Shown piece by piece: positions 1 through 11,900 of a stretch of 64,000 nt of DNA. The DNA comes from a bacterium (GTDB lineage: Bacteria > Electryoneota > Electryoneia > Electryoneales > Electryoneaceae), in assembly GCA_963669175.1 (NCBI GenBank), contig OY769902.1, positions 4,448,001-4,512,000 of the forward strand, written 5' to 3'. Each line of letters opens with the position of its first letter. Within the stretch, counting starts at the first letter, position 1. The translations under genes and the position numbers were made by a program. The notes beneath the pieces are model-generated. The model was not told where the DNA came from. It searched no databases and saw only the letters and a list, made by a program, of their open reading frames with translations.

Positions 1-999
1 AAGTTGAATGATCCCCGCATAACCATGTTCATCAGAAATTCTTTGCGCCCCGTCCGCCCAGAGTGGTTCTGCTTCCCCTGAAAACCGCTGTGCAACCAGA
101 GTATGCTGTTCTTCCGAATGCCATGCACAGTAGAACCCATCCTGACCATCTGATGCAATACTGAAATAGTCTGAGATATAATATCCACAATCCGCCAGAT
201 GAAATGGTACGACCAACACGTCTTCTCCGGAACTATCAATTCCAGATATATTCGCTTGAAAAGAAAAAATATCCGTTTCAATCCGGTAAGCTATCCATAC
301 ACCATCATCTCCCCTGGGTATTAACTGACAGTCATCAACACAACGACTGTTAATTTGGTTCGCAATGACAATGCCTTCCTCTGTCCATCCTTCAGGGATT
401 TGACCGTCAGCATCAATCCTTTGGAGGAAAATCGTATAGGGATCCTGGTTGCTGTTCCGAATACTGAATAAAACATAAAGCCCACCTGTTGGGTCAGTCA
501 GACAGGTAAGCACCGAAGGACCATAGGAGGATTCCATGAGAGGCAGAATGGGAACGCCATTTCCCAATTCACCATTCTCTTCCTGCCACAGCAGCTCGCC
601 ATTGTTGTTGACTTTCTGAGCACGCCATTGACGATTCTGCGAGAAGATGACAATCCAGTTACCCAGCCCGTCAGGCGCGACAACGGGATAACGCTGCACC
701 TCGTCACCATACGCGACCGAAATACCACCGGGCCATAACGTATCGCCATCCACATTATAAAGCTGCCCATGAAGGTTGCAGGCGTTGTCTTCCGTATCAC
801 ACCAGACAACCAGCGTAAGCCCCTCCTGGCTTGCAATGCCATCATTCGTCAAATAGAGGTCATGATCCTGAAACACTTGGATCCCGTTCGTCTCCCACAT
901 GATTTCCGCTGGACAGATCGAAGCGACAAACAGGAACAACAAGCAGGCGAGTAGACAATAAACAGGTTTTCCGGAAAGACGCAGAGCTGGAGCAGGCAC
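1..999 (-). CDS. Secreted repeat (probable beta-propeller) protein, runs off the window edge
   Basis: Manually read open frame from a GTG at 999 to position 1, not in the ORF track. Signal-peptide-like N-terminus (LLACLLFLFVASICPA) and repeats such as GQLYNVDGDTLW, AQKVNNNGELLW and AQRFSGEAEPLW. Start codon uncertain. Confidence 0.7.
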   Translation of the reverse strand, partial: MPAPALRLSGKPVYCLLACLLFLFVASICPAEIMWETNGIQVFQDHDLYLTNDGIASQEGLTLVVWCDTEDNACNLHGQLYNVDGDTLWPGGISVAYGDEVQRYPVVAPDGLGNWIVIFSQNRQWRAQKVNNNGELLWQEENGELGNGVPILPLMESSYGPSVLTCLTDPTGGLYVLFSIRNSNQDPYTIFLQRIDADGQIPEGWTEEGIVIANQINSRCVDDCQLIPRGDDGVWIAYRIETDIFSFQANISGIDSSGEDVLVVPFHLADCGYYISDYFSIASDGQDGFYCAWHSEEQHTLVAQRFSGEAEPLWADGAQRISDEHGYAGIIQL

Positions 1000-1187
1000 G
1001 ATTCCCCCATTGATAAACCGGTTTCTAATCCTTGCGAATATCAATAGAGGTTAAAGTACAACGACACGGTGAGTGTGGTCAATTCCCGCTGCAACTTTCA
1101 AACTAAATATTACTGCCTGGCTTTTCGAATATCTCGAGATGCGCAAGCGCCCAGTAGTAGTCCCATATTCCACCAGGCAGCGCCTGC

Positions 1188-2150
1188 TTATGACGCTAAA
1201 ACAATATCACGCTGCATTTTGGCCGCTTCATAAAACAATGCCCATTTCGTGCTGTAAAAATCATTCCGCCAAACATAACTTGGCGCTGCTTCAACATCAT
1301 CAGGTTCTTCACTTTCTTTCCTTACAAGAGCATCATCTCGCCAATTTTTCACATTATATGCAAATGAATCACTCTCGCCATCCAACAAATAATTAAGATA
1401 ATCATTCCAATCTTCACATCTTCTTTCAAGTTTTACCGTTGGTTTGGATAAATGATAGTGTATATTATTTCTTATTTCAGGCCATGATTCATTTTCTTGA
1501 ATTTTTATCTTTTCATACATAGCATCAACCGCCTTCATATATTCATTCGTATTATCCCGTATAATTTCATCGCCATATCTATTGATATACTTCCATTTTA
1601 AAAATGGCATATCTGGATGCAAACCTGCTTCACCATGGCCAATTTGCGGTAACAACTCCCAAAGCTTTTCAAGCTCACTTTCATCCCACTCATCTTCCTC
1701 GAAAAAGCTGATATCCGATACATTGTTTTCCGGGTGATGACGCCCGGAAAATCGCTGATGCGACCAGGTATCCGCGAACGAATGAAGCGCTATTCCAGTC
1801 CTGATCAATCTTAGCAATTCGTTGTCTTGTTCAGCTAGCGCCGCATCGAGAATCTCGTTTGCCAGGTTTGAATTCGGCACGGTTACCAGAGAACCCGAGA
1901 CGCCATTGGGAGGGAGAAAGTGAAAAGGAATAAAGATATCATTCTGTATTGTTTCGGCGAATGAATTAAGGCCCAGGTATGCTGTTCTGAAAGGCATAAA
2001 TGTAGAAGAATTATCAAAGACAATGATTGTGTTTTCGGTTGCGTCATCGACGTATTGAGAAGCATATGCTATTGTAAGCGCTTCTTCAATTGTGTATCCA
2101 GCCGCCCATGCAATAACAGCCGTACAATAGTAGTGGAAATCTTTCTGCAT
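1188..2150 (-). CDS. DUF6765-like conserved protein
   Basis: N-terminal DFHYY..A..AG, ASQYVDD, FHFLP and GIALHSFADTWSHQ motifs; AT-rich. Confidence 0.7.
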   Translation of the reverse strand: MQKDFHYYCTAVIAWAAGYTIEEALTIAYASQYVDDATENTIIVFDNSSTFMPFRTAYLGLNSFAETIQNDIFIPFHFLPPNGVSGSLVTVPNSNLANEILDAALAEQDNELLRLIRTGIALHSFADTWSHQRFSGRHHPENNVSDISFFEEDEWDESELEKLWELLPQIGHGEAGLHPDMPFLKWKYINRYGDEIIRDNTNEYMKAVDAMYEKIKIQENESWPEIRNNIHYHLSKPTVKLERRCEDWNDYLNYLLDGESDSFAYNVKNWRDDALVRKESEEPDDVEAAPSYVWRNDFYSTKWALFYEAAKMQRDIVLAS

Positions 2151-2495
2151 AATGCCCCCTCTCCCTTTGTTATCCGCTGACAGAAACGACTTTGATTCAA
2201 AACGTCCGCATGTTGATATTCACGTTATTATTACTTGGCAATAACTGGTTTTTGACCTGAATGCGTTTATGTAATCATTTGTTTTTTCTTTGTCAAGACC
2301 AATCGCAGTCATTTTTTATTTAATTTGTTTGCAACTGGAATTCCTGTGGATGAAATGGGGGTTGCCAAACTGGACATCACTCCGGGACATATAAAGTATT
2401 TCTTGAAAGTAATGTCGGATACAGTCATCCCCTTTCCCCGGCAATTTTAGTATGACGGGACAAACCGTGATCCGCTATATAAACTGTTCGTATTG

Positions 2496-3131
2496 CTAAG
2501 ATTCCATTTTATCAGCATCAAGATCAGGAAACCACTTTGCGATACATTCAGGGCACATGCTGTGAGTAAAATCCGCTCCTGAATGATCCCGGACATAGAC
2601 CTCTACCTGTTGCCAGTATCCCGCATCATCACGAACCTTTTTGCAACTTGAACAGATGGGGATGATCCCTTCCAGCGTCTTCACTTTGGACAGGGCCGCC
2701 TGTAACTGTAGCACCAGTTCTTCTTTCTGTTTCAGCAACCTGTGGCGTTCCATGGCATATCGAATGGACCGGCACAGAGATACGCTGTCAAAACGTCCTT
2801 TTACAAGGTAATCCTGCGCCCCGATTTCAACCGCTTTCTGGCCGGTATATTCGTCGTCAAGAACAGTCTGCATGATCACTGGCGGTGCAGAAGTGCCACG
2901 GGCCAGAATTTTCTGAAGAATTTCCACCCCGTTCTCACCCGGCATATTGTAGTCGAGCAAAACACAATCAAAATTGTGTGAATCCAGCGCTTTAAGCCCC
3001 TCCGCGCCATCCGGCGTTTCTTCTATGATCACGTAAGCACAGGTATGATTATCAACCAGGTATCGTCTCAACCGCATACGATCTACTTCATCATCATCGA
3101 TGATCAGAATACGGAAAGTATCTTGAAGCAT
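2496..3131 (-). CDS. Response regulator with C-terminal Cys-rich (PICSSCKK...HSMCPEC) domain
   Basis: Receiver motifs ILIIDDD, LLDYNMP and DYLVK. Confidence 0.9.
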   Translation of the reverse strand: MLQDTFRILIIDDDEVDRMRLRRYLVDNHTCAYVIIEETPDGAEGLKALDSHNFDCVLLDYNMPGENGVEILQKILARGTSAPPVIMQTVLDDEYTGQKAVEIGAQDYLVKGRFDSVSLCRSIRYAMERHRLLKQKEELVLQLQAALSKVKTLEGIIPICSSCKKVRDDAGYWQQVEVYVRDHSGADFTHSMCPECIAKWFPDLDADKMES

Positions 3132-3149
3132 GTCTCCTCCCTCTCTCGT

Positions 3150-3575
3150 TTACGGTAAATCAACAAGGCGCCAGTAATTTTCAAGTGTCTGGATCAGGCT
3201 GTTCAAATTCACACCTGTATTTTCCTTTACGATATAGCCGGCAATATATCTTTCATAGGCGCGTGAGCGGTCAACATCATCCTTGGAAGTCGTTAATACA
3301 AACACAACTGTCTTATGCAAATCCGAATCTTTTCGCAACTCATCTAGGAAAGTAAAACCATCCATCCGTGGCATATTCAAATCAAGAAGCACAATGCAGG
3401 GTTTTGTCAAGCGAAGGCTGTCGTGTTGTCCACGCATGATTTCCAGGGCTTCCACGCCATCCCTTGCCCTGATGATTTCGTTGAAAACCTTTGCCTGACG
3501 AAATCCTCGCTCGATTGCCATGGCATCAATCGCATCATCATCAACCTATAGTATCTTTATCTCTTTAGCCAGCAT
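3150..3575 (-). pseudogene. Single-domain response regulator with an in-frame TAG at codon 10
   Basis: ATG at 3575 reads MLAKEIKIL*VDDDAIDAMAIER; TAG at 3548-3546. The rest is an intact receiver domain (LLDLNMP, VLTTS, YIVK). Confidence 0.75.
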
Positions 3576-6264
3576 TCCCTGATCTCCTTTCCATAACCAA
3601 CGGCCAGGTAAAGCGCACCTCTGTGCCATGTGGTTGAACCGTATGAATCGCTACAGTTCCGCCAACATTTTCGATAATCTTTTTCACCAGGGCTAGCCCC
3701 ATTCCGCTTCCCTCAAGTTCATCACGAGGTTTAAGTGTCTGGAACAACTCAAAGACCTTTTCCCTGAATTGCTCCGGGATACCCGGTCCGTCATCTTTGA
3801 TAGAAAACTCGATGAAATCACCAACAGGTTTTGCGGTGATCTCAAGCTTCCCCTTCTCCTTGTCGTGATGTTTCATCGCATTTCCCATCAGGTTGCGTAA
3901 CACCTGGTGGAATGGGGTATGCATGGTGCTGAATCGAGGCATTTCAGATACTTGTAGCGTAAAGCGTTCTTCCAGGTTCAAGCTGAAAGCGATATCCTGG
4001 ATAACGCCAACAGGATCAATATCAACAATATCGGTTGCAGTCCGTCCAACCCGTGAGAATTCAAGCAGGGCATCCAGAAGCGCTTCCATTCGATTGATGC
4101 GTCCCTTGAGCAATTCAAGATGCCTGGCGCTTTCCGGCGGGATTGTATCCGCGAGATCCTGTTCAAGCCATTCGGACAGACTGATAATCGCTCGCAATGG
4201 CGCTCTTAAATCGTGTGATGCTACATAGGCGAACTGCTCCAGTTCGGTATTTGACCTTTGCAATTCCTTGTTCGCTTCCGTGAGTAATTCTTGCCCTTCC
4301 CTGATTACTTCTTCAAAATGCTTCCGTTCAGTAATATCCTTATCCGCTCCACGATACCCTGCATAGTTCCCATCCTGATCAATGATCGGTACGCTGTTCT
4401 TCAGCAGGCATACACGCTGCCCATCTTTGGTTCGTCTCCATATTTCCAGATTCTCCATGGGTTCTCGTTTGACTGCAAAATCGCGAAAGACAATTTCTGA
4501 TTGTTCAGCATCTTCGAAGGTATCCAGTTCAAATACCCGTTTCCCGAGAACCTCCTCAGGTCTGAAACCAAGAATCCTTCTTATTCCACTGCTGCAAAAC
4601 GTGTATCGCCATTCAGCATCGACTTCCCAAATCCAGTCACTAGTGATATTAACAATATCCTGCAACCGTTTTTCGCTCTCCTGAAGTTTGTTTTCTGCTC
4701 GTCTTCGTTCAGTGATATCCCTGGCAGAGTAGAACATCAGGGGAATATTGTTTATTTCAAATGGTTGACCGCTGATCTCAACATCCAGCGTGGAACCGTC
4801 CTTGCGTTGATGAACTGTTGAGAATTCAACTCGTTTACCCCCTTTGTAATGCCCTTGAATAATGCTCACTGCATCGGCCGCTTCTATAAAAGCATCCCAA
4901 TTGGATACGTTCATTCCAAGCATCCCATCTCGACTATACCCAAGCATACTACAAAAGGCTTCGCTTGTTTCAACGACATTACCATCCAGATCGAGGACAT
5001 GGATACCATCGCTGCCGGCTTGCAGGAGCATCTGGTTCTTGGTGAATTCTACCTGTAATGCTTCCTCCGTCTGTTTACGGTCGGTGATGTCAATAGAAAC
5101 ACCAAGAATGCCCGAGACTGCCCCGGCTTCATCCTGTATCGGTATTTTGCTCGTAAGGATCGTTCGTGTGCCACCAGGCGTTTCCAGTGTATCTTCAACA
5201 TTCAATAATGCTTTCCTGCTCTCAATTACTGTGAGATCATCTTTCCAATACTTTTCAACTTCATCAGGCGTGTGAAGCTCTGCCATATTCTTTCCAGCAA
5301 ACTCTGCCTTATCCATTTGATATGATTCTGCCAGGCGCTGATTTACACGGATATAGTTCTTCTCTGTATCTTTGTAGAAAACAATTCCTGGCAGGTTATC
5401 TATAATCAGTTCAAGCTCTTCTGCGGCTTGAGTAGCTTGCTCATTTGAATGTTTGAGCTCTTCCGTGCGTAATTGCACCAGAGTTTCAAGTTCATTCTTA
5501 TGCGCCAAATCCCTTTGCCGACGTACGACAATCTCACGGATCATCCGTCTGAGTGTCCCTGCCAGCAATCCGATTTCATCGTTCCCAAGCGAAGTCGGGA
5601 TATCCACTTCCTGTCCTGCTTCAAACTCCCTGATCAATGTAATTAGCTGATTTAGTTTACGTGTAATTCTCATGGCAACCAGCCAAGCGAACAACGCACC
5701 AACAATGATAGCAATACCTCCAATGAGCACAGCCTGAGTAGCATTTTTCAGGATAGCTTTTTGTGTATTGGCGGTCGAAAACCCGATGCGAACCCATCCA
5801 ATTCTCTTGCCAGCAGACTCGAGTGGTGCGCCAACCTCAATCATCTCAGCTGTCTTGCGGAGTACACGTGTGCATTCTTCCTTGGGCAATTGAATAGTTG
5901 CGAGGGAAAGGCTCAGACTATCGACGAGATATTTTCCCACCAGTCCATCATTTGAATGGCCTATGACCTGCCCTTGCATGTCACTAATGATAATGGTTTC
6001 AACATCTGGTAGAGTACAGGAAAGATCAATGAGATTGTCAATGGCAACGAGATCATTTCCCATCACCAGCCGTAGAGAGCTCTCCCGCATTAGCATGGCA
6101 GAAGAACAACCCCGGCTGATCAACTCTTGATACAGAAGTTTAGATTGGTGCGAAATCACTTCAAACACAAGCGCGACAGTCAGGACAACATGAATGGTCA
6201 CAATCATCGTCACAAGTTGACGAGAGAGGGTTCGGGAGAAGAACCAGGCTAGTGTTTTAATCAC
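3565..6264 (-). CDS. Membrane sensor histidine kinase (HAMP, three PAS, HisKA, HATPase)
   Basis: Two TM segments, PAS/PAC repeats ending DITERK, H-box ASHDLRAPL, N box NLMGNAMKH, G boxes DDGPGI and GSGMGL. Confidence 0.95.
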   Translation of the reverse strand: MIKTLAWFFSRTLSRQLVTMIVTIHVVLTVALVFEVISHQSKLLYQELISRGCSSAMLMRESSLRLVMGNDLVAIDNLIDLSCTLPDVETIIISDMQGQVIGHSNDGLVGKYLVDSLSLSLATIQLPKEECTRVLRKTAEMIEVGAPLESAGKRIGWVRIGFSTANTQKAILKNATQAVLIGGIAIIVGALFAWLVAMRITRKLNQLITLIREFEAGQEVDIPTSLGNDEIGLLAGTLRRMIREIVVRRQRDLAHKNELETLVQLRTEELKHSNEQATQAAEELELIIDNLPGIVFYKDTEKNYIRVNQRLAESYQMDKAEFAGKNMAELHTPDEVEKYWKDDLTVIESRKALLNVEDTLETPGGTRTILTSKIPIQDEAGAVSGILGVSIDITDRKQTEEALQVEFTKNQMLLQAGSDGIHVLDLDGNVVETSEAFCSMLGYSRDGMLGMNVSNWDAFIEAADAVSIIQGHYKGGKRVEFSTVHQRKDGSTLDVEISGQPFEINNIPLMFYSARDITERRRAENKLQESEKRLQDIVNITSDWIWEVDAEWRYTFCSSGIRRILGFRPEEVLGKRVFELDTFEDAEQSEIVFRDFAVKREPMENLEIWRRTKDGQRVCLLKNSVPIIDQDGNYAGYRGADKDITERKHFEEVIREGQELLTEANKELQRSNTELEQFAYVASHDLRAPLRAIISLSEWLEQDLADTIPPESARHLELLKGRINRMEALLDALLEFSRVGRTATDIVDIDPVGVIQDIAFSLNLEERFTLQVSEMPRFSTMHTPFHQVLRNLMGNAMKHHDKEKGKLEITAKPVGDFIEFSIKDDGPGIPEQFREKVFELFQTLKPRDELEGSGMGLALVKKIIENVGGTVAIHTVQPHGTEVRFTWPLVMERRSGNAG

Positions 6265-6272
6265 AGGTAATC

Positions 6273-7196
6273 CTATAGTGGACGTACTCGGTCAGAGAAT
6301 TTCTGCAGAAATTCTCTGACCTGATCAAATGTTCTTTCGTTTGCGGGTTCGAAGCCACTATAATTCATGGCCTCCAGCATTCTCTTTCCATCAGGTTCAT
6401 TCGCAAGATCGAAAAGGATCTGCTTTACATGGGACAGAACCGGTTCGGGGACATCGTTGCGCACCACCAACCCATTATTTACCAGTTCCGGTGTTTCCCA
6501 TAGCACTTTCAATGTCGCTGCATCTTCTGGATGCATTGACTGGAACAACTCCCAAGGAGGAGGCCATGTAACCGCGACATCGGTCATCCCCGTAACAGCC
6601 GACATGATGGAGGATTCCTGATTCCCGGTAAAGATAGATGTGACATCATGTTGCACATTTAAACCATGTGTTGTGAAGAAGTATTGAGGGAGCATACATG
6701 CTGCAAGGGCGGTCAATGAGGGATAACTGATCTTCTTTCCGCGAAGATCGGTTACTCTCGTATATGCGCTGTTTATCGGGGCAAGGATAATTCCGCGAAA
6801 CTGTTCGTCGTCGGCAACTTTGCCGAAGATTGTATAGCCAGTATCAGCAGCTTTGACCGTCTCGAGGGGGTTGGGCAGAGAGAAATGGTAACGTCCTTCG
6901 CGTAAGCGTATTTCATAGGTCTCATAGTCCGGGGCAGTCTCGAGCTTGAATCGAAAACCGTTCGCTGAGGAATTCAAGCAATTGATGATGGGAGTGAATA
7001 ACTCGAAAACTCGCTGTTCGCTGAAAAGCGGGTGCGTACTGAAAATGTATACTGGTTGAATACCTTCAGCAGGAGCATCTGCATATACGGGTTCATGTGC
7101 CTCATCCTGATCTTTCCGGCATCCACTGGGCAATGTTAGGATTAGCATCATGATCGCTATCGGTGTAAAAGCGAATCGCACAGCCCGAATGAACAT
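6273..7196 (-). CDS. PhnD/SsuA-like substrate-binding lipoprotein upstream of the kinase
   Basis: Lipobox-like PSGC and phosphonate-binding-protein-like sequence; 8 bp from the kinase start; no ABC permease nearby. Confidence 0.8.
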   Translation of the reverse strand: MFIRAVRFAFTPIAIMMLILTLPSGCRKDQDEAHEPVYADAPAEGIQPVYIFSTHPLFSEQRVFELFTPIINCLNSSANGFRFKLETAPDYETYEIRLREGRYHFSLPNPLETVKAADTGYTIFGKVADDEQFRGIILAPINSAYTRVTDLRGKKISYPSLTALAACMLPQYFFTTHGLNVQHDVTSIFTGNQESSIMSAVTGMTDVAVTWPPPWELFQSMHPEDAATLKVLWETPELVNNGLVVRNDVPEPVLSHVKQILFDLANEPDGKRMLEAMNYSGFEPANERTFDQVREFLQKFSDRVRPL

Positions 7197-7453
7197 ATTC
7201 GAACGCCCCCCTGATTAACGATACCATTGTCTCTGTTTGAAGCTGTTTCAGTCGGATGGAGCTAGTGGACGAAACAGAAACACTTGCCAACGGGAAAAGG
7301 TAAGCGATCTTTGCGCCCGAAATGTACTTGCTTAGGTTGTGCGATAGGAATCTGGAGCAAAGAACATATATGCGATATGCCCAGGAGAGAGAAAAAAAAA
7401 TGGACAGCCCCCTCAAGTTCTGTCCCCGTTTCGTGTTGGCAAAATGTTGATGC

Positions 7454-8338
7454 TTATTTAATCAGCATGATCCGTGTTGTAGTCATATTCGATTCCGTCT
7501 GCAATACTGCGAAATAGGTTCCGCTAGGTAGATTCTCCCCGGAGAACAGATGAGAATATCGGCCTGCCGATCGATAGCCGTGTTCCAGAACTGTAACTTC
7601 ACGTCCCAGCATATCGAAGACCCGGAGAGTGATTTGGCCAGGCGTATCAATCGTGTATGAAAGTGTGGTAGAAGGGTTAAACGGATTGGGATAGGCGGAC
7701 AGCACCTGGTACGTTTCAGCCAGGCATTCGGATTCTTCGATGCTGTTTTCTTCGAACACGTCCACTCGAAACGCGCTGGCGGTTTCATCATTGATGGTCA
7801 ACCAGTCTTCCCCCTCACGTCGCAGGGTATGGGGACAGGTTAATGTGTGATCGCTGTTCATGCACCATCCGGTCCAAGTAAGATCTTTCGCTGATGCCCA
7901 CAGCCAATAGGTAGCGCCGGAATCGATCCATGTGGTTCCCAATCCCTCAAGGTGGATCGGTGGATCCCACTGGTTCCACGAAGTAAACTCGGTGAGCACC
8001 CATTCTTCCAGCACTTCGAACGTATCCGGAGGCAGTCCGTAGGGGTTCGCAACCAGGCGCATGGTTACCGTATCCGCATACGACGAAGACGGCACGTAAA
8101 AGAATCCGACCCATATGTCGCTCACATAGCCAGCCCCGACGGATTCAAACAACATCGCCTGTTCTACGCCGAATTGCGGATCAACATTGTCACCGGCTAC
8201 GGTCCAACCGGTATTGTACGTATAATCCCATCCGTCATGATCCGCAGCAAAATTGTTGTACACCGAAATCTGTGCTGATGCTAAACCTGCCAGCAGCAAC
8301 ACACACATCACAACCTGGACCATTTTCGCCAAACGCAT
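7454..8338 (-). CDS. Secreted protein with T9SS type A C-terminal sorting domain
   Basis: Signal peptide (LLLAGLASA-Q) and C-terminal AYPNPFNPST...LPSGTYF...RIMLIK. Confidence 0.85.
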   Translation of the reverse strand: MRLAKMVQVVMCVLLLAGLASAQISVYNNFAADHDGWDYTYNTGWTVAGDNVDPQFGVEQAMLFESVGAGYVSDIWVGFFYVPSSSYADTVTMRLVANPYGLPPDTFEVLEEWVLTEFTSWNQWDPPIHLEGLGTTWIDSGATYWLWASAKDLTWTGWCMNSDHTLTCPHTLRREGEDWLTINDETASAFRVDVFEENSIEESECLAETYQVLSAYPNPFNPSTTLSYTIDTPGQITLRVFDMLGREVTVLEHGYRSAGRYSHLFSGENLPSGTYFAVLQTESNMTTTRIMLIK

Positions 8339-8998
8339 GGTACTCCCCCCTGTCAATCTTCACAAAACAAATCTGGTAACCTCATCGGTCATTCCTGCAA
8401 GGAAAGCTTCACGGTCCGGCAGTAGTTCCGGCACCTGTATCGGTAGCTGATGCAGAAAAGAGAAATGCCCGCTGCTTCAAATGCAAAGCTATCTGTTTCA
8501 ACCTGGGAACACAAGCTTCAGGAATTCAGCAAAGGCCGGAAAACCTGTGTCCATTGCAAACTCATTTATATTGAGCCCTGGGACCAGATGCCAGCAGTGC
8601 GACAAGTCACTCCCTTATTATCATTCATCCACTATGTTTTTACCCATCTATTGCCCAGCGCGATTTATAGCGATTCACATTATTAATCCGTCATGTGGTC
8701 ATGTGCCAGATCAGTGAAAGGTCAACCATATAGTTGGAATAAAGGATAAGGATATAGAAAAAGGGGACAGTTTCCTTTTCCAGAAATACTTCAGGAATAT
8801 TCCGTATAAACGAGAGGAAAAGGATCCCGTCCCCTTTTCCCGGCAATCTCCATTATGACGGAATAAAATCGAGAACAGCGATACTTCATTCACATTAAAG
8901 TTCAGGGACAACTGAGCCTGGAACAGGACATCCAGTTGATTCGTTCAACTCCGGGCTTTGAAGTTGACCGGTTTTATCCAAGTACATGGGGGCGCAGA

Positions 8999-11900
8999 AT
9001 GCGTTATCTGGGTTCGATTTTTGGCACGACCACCATTCTGTTTTTCGCATTGATTGGAGATTCATTCGCAACCATTCAATGGCAGGAACATATGCTAAAC
9101 TCCAATTTTCCCACAGCAGAAAGAGGCTATGGATTTGATCTGGACCAGGATGGGGATAACGATATCATTGTGGCTGCCGGTGTTACTACAAACTCAATAA
9201 GCTGGTTTGAAAACACGAGTGAAAACGGCAACTTTTCGTTTTCACATCACAATATCATTACAAACCTCGATGGCGCCTGCGCTGCTGATGTGGCAGATTT
9301 GGACGGTGACGGGGATCTCGATGTGATCGGAACCGGCAGTGAAGCTTCGGGCACATTCAAATGGGCAGAAAACGATGGATCTGAGAGCTTTACTATTCAT
9401 AGTGTTAACCATACCACTTTCGGTTGCAGTGATATCTGTGCCCGGGACATGGATGGCGATGGTGATATTGATATCGTGGGATCTTCGTTGACTGATAACG
9501 CCATATACTGGTTTGAAAATGATGGCGCTGCGAATTTTACCCCCCATACCGTGACATCAGGGTATTCCTATTCCCAATCTGCATGTGCTCTGGATATGGA
9601 CGGTGATGGTGACATGGATATCCTGGGATCTGCAGCAAATCTGAATACGATAAGCTGGTTTGAAAATGATGGCAGCCAGAACTTCACAGAACATGAGGTT
9701 TCAGGTTCTTTCAGTGGCGCCAGCGAGGCAATGGGGATTGATGTCGATGGTGATGGCGACATGGATGTGGTCGGAAGCGCTAGCGAGGCCAGCGCCTTTG
9801 CATGGTTCGAGAACGATGGTTCCGAGAATTTCACCCAGCATACCCTGGGAACCGGGCTCTTCGCTCCAGACCATGTTCATGCGGGAGATATCAACCATGA
9901 CACCTTCATCGATGTCGTCGGTCCGAGCCAGCATCACCTGAGATGGTGGGCCAATGATGGCGCTGAGACATTTACACCTATCACCATGGATTTTACGGCG
10001 GAATTCGTACACATCTGCGATATTGATGGGAATGGTTATAATGATTTACTAGCAGGATTAACCGCTGAATATGGGCAGATAGCCTGGTTCCAGAACCTGA
10101 GCAATGCTCCCAACGGCTTTGCGTTCAGCCACCCCGACAGCGCCCATACAATTCATTGCGACACCTTGACTCTTTCGTGGGAAATTGCCACTGATCCCGA
10201 CGAGGATGAACTTTCCTATATCGTTCAATGGTCTGAACAAACAAACTTTCACAGCTTGAGTGCAGATACTGTTCCTGATAACTTTGTAGCCCTGGACAGC
10301 TTGCAGGATGACACCACCTACTACTGGCGGGTAACTGCTCTCGACACCAATGGCGCCGTTACAGCGGGACAGGATGGCGGGTATTGGAGCTTCAGTGTGG
10401 ATATCTATCAACCACCGGCCCCGTTTACGCTGATCGGCCCAGAAGAAACAGACACATGCTGGACGCTGGATACGTTGTTTACCTGGCAGCGTACCTTCGA
10501 TCCCGATCCTTACGACTCCTGGGTCCATTATGATGTCTGGCTGGACACCTTGGCTGATCTTTCCACAGCAGTCCTGATCGCTGACAGTATACCGGATACC
10601 GTGTGTCAAGTCCTGAACCTTCTTGATTACAGAACCTACTATTGGACCGTCCGGGCAACCGACAGCAATACAGGTGGAACCTGGGCGTCCGATACACTGA
10701 GTTTCCGGACTTACCTGCCGGAACATCCCGCCCCGTTCAGCCTGGTATTCCCGCATGACAGCAGCCGGGTGAATGAGGATACGGTGACAGTGCGATGGTT
10801 GTCCTCCAGTGACCCCGACCCGACCGATATTATAACCTATCATGTCGAATGGTCGATTGATCCAGCATTTTCGGCTTACAACTCCGCCACCACGACCGAT
10901 ACATTTTTCGCCATTACCGAGATCGCTGAGAATCTTGCCACGTTGCAGAACAGCATGAATTGGGATCTGGATGAACTCGCAGATGACCAAACCGTTTACT
11001 GGCGTGTTTGGGCGGTTGATTTGTTTGAGCTTGTCACCTGGGCGCTACCGGGTGAAACAGGATGGTCCTTCCAGGTATATATACCGCAACGTCCCATTAC
11101 GTTCGCACTGGTTGCGCCCGAAGATGAAACTGTGATGGATCAGCTTTCCTGGCAGTTTGAATGGGATAACACCACTGACCCTGACCCGGGTGATGTGGTC
11201 AGTTTTCAACTTGAAGTTTCCATGTCGCATGAGTTCCTCGATTCGCTGACTGCACACTATACTGCGAACGCGGATACGACGTTCTTTGTCCCCTGGCTTG
11301 CCGACGACACCGACTACTGGTGGCGGGTACATGCATTGGACACGAATACAAGCGGCACTTACTCCGAGCAAGTCTGGTCATTCCACACCGCTATGCCGGA
11401 ACGTCCGCTGCCGTTCGACCTGCTTACACCGTCAGATGGCGATACGCTGAACCATGAGCTGCAACTGGCCTGGCAGATGAGCTGGGATCCTGATCCGGAC
11501 GAAGATGTGACCTATGATGCTGTTTTCACGGTCTCACTTGATGACGGCTCGGATACCACGCTGGTTTTCACAAGTCTGTCTGACACAGCCTATACCGCCA
11601 GTCTGACCGATTCGCTGCACCTGGAATACTGGGAAGACTACCTGGATGTGGAATGGTTTGTCCGTGCAATCTCCGCAGGCGATACAGTCGAAAGTGATAA
11701 TGTTCTTGCATTCGTGATCGAGCCGAACAGCGCTGTGCCGGAAACAGAATTTGCCGGGATTCCGACAGACTTTTCCATCGCGGCCACCTATCCGAATCCG
11801 TTCAACTCGCGCATGACCGTCGTCATGGCGCTACCGGAACAGACCGAACTCACGCTAGAGGTGTTCAATATCCTGGGCGAACGTGTCGCGCTACTGAGCC

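Noticed and set aside
8761-8840. ggggacag...gtcccc inverted pair (similar halves near 7401-7427 and 40195-40206) as an ncRNA
   Set aside because: Pairing is too short. It is probably a degenerate REP-like repeat and I cannot support it further.
10058-10990. 310-aa minus-strand ORF
   Set aside because: Antisense shadow of the FG-GAP gene with no recognisable motifs.
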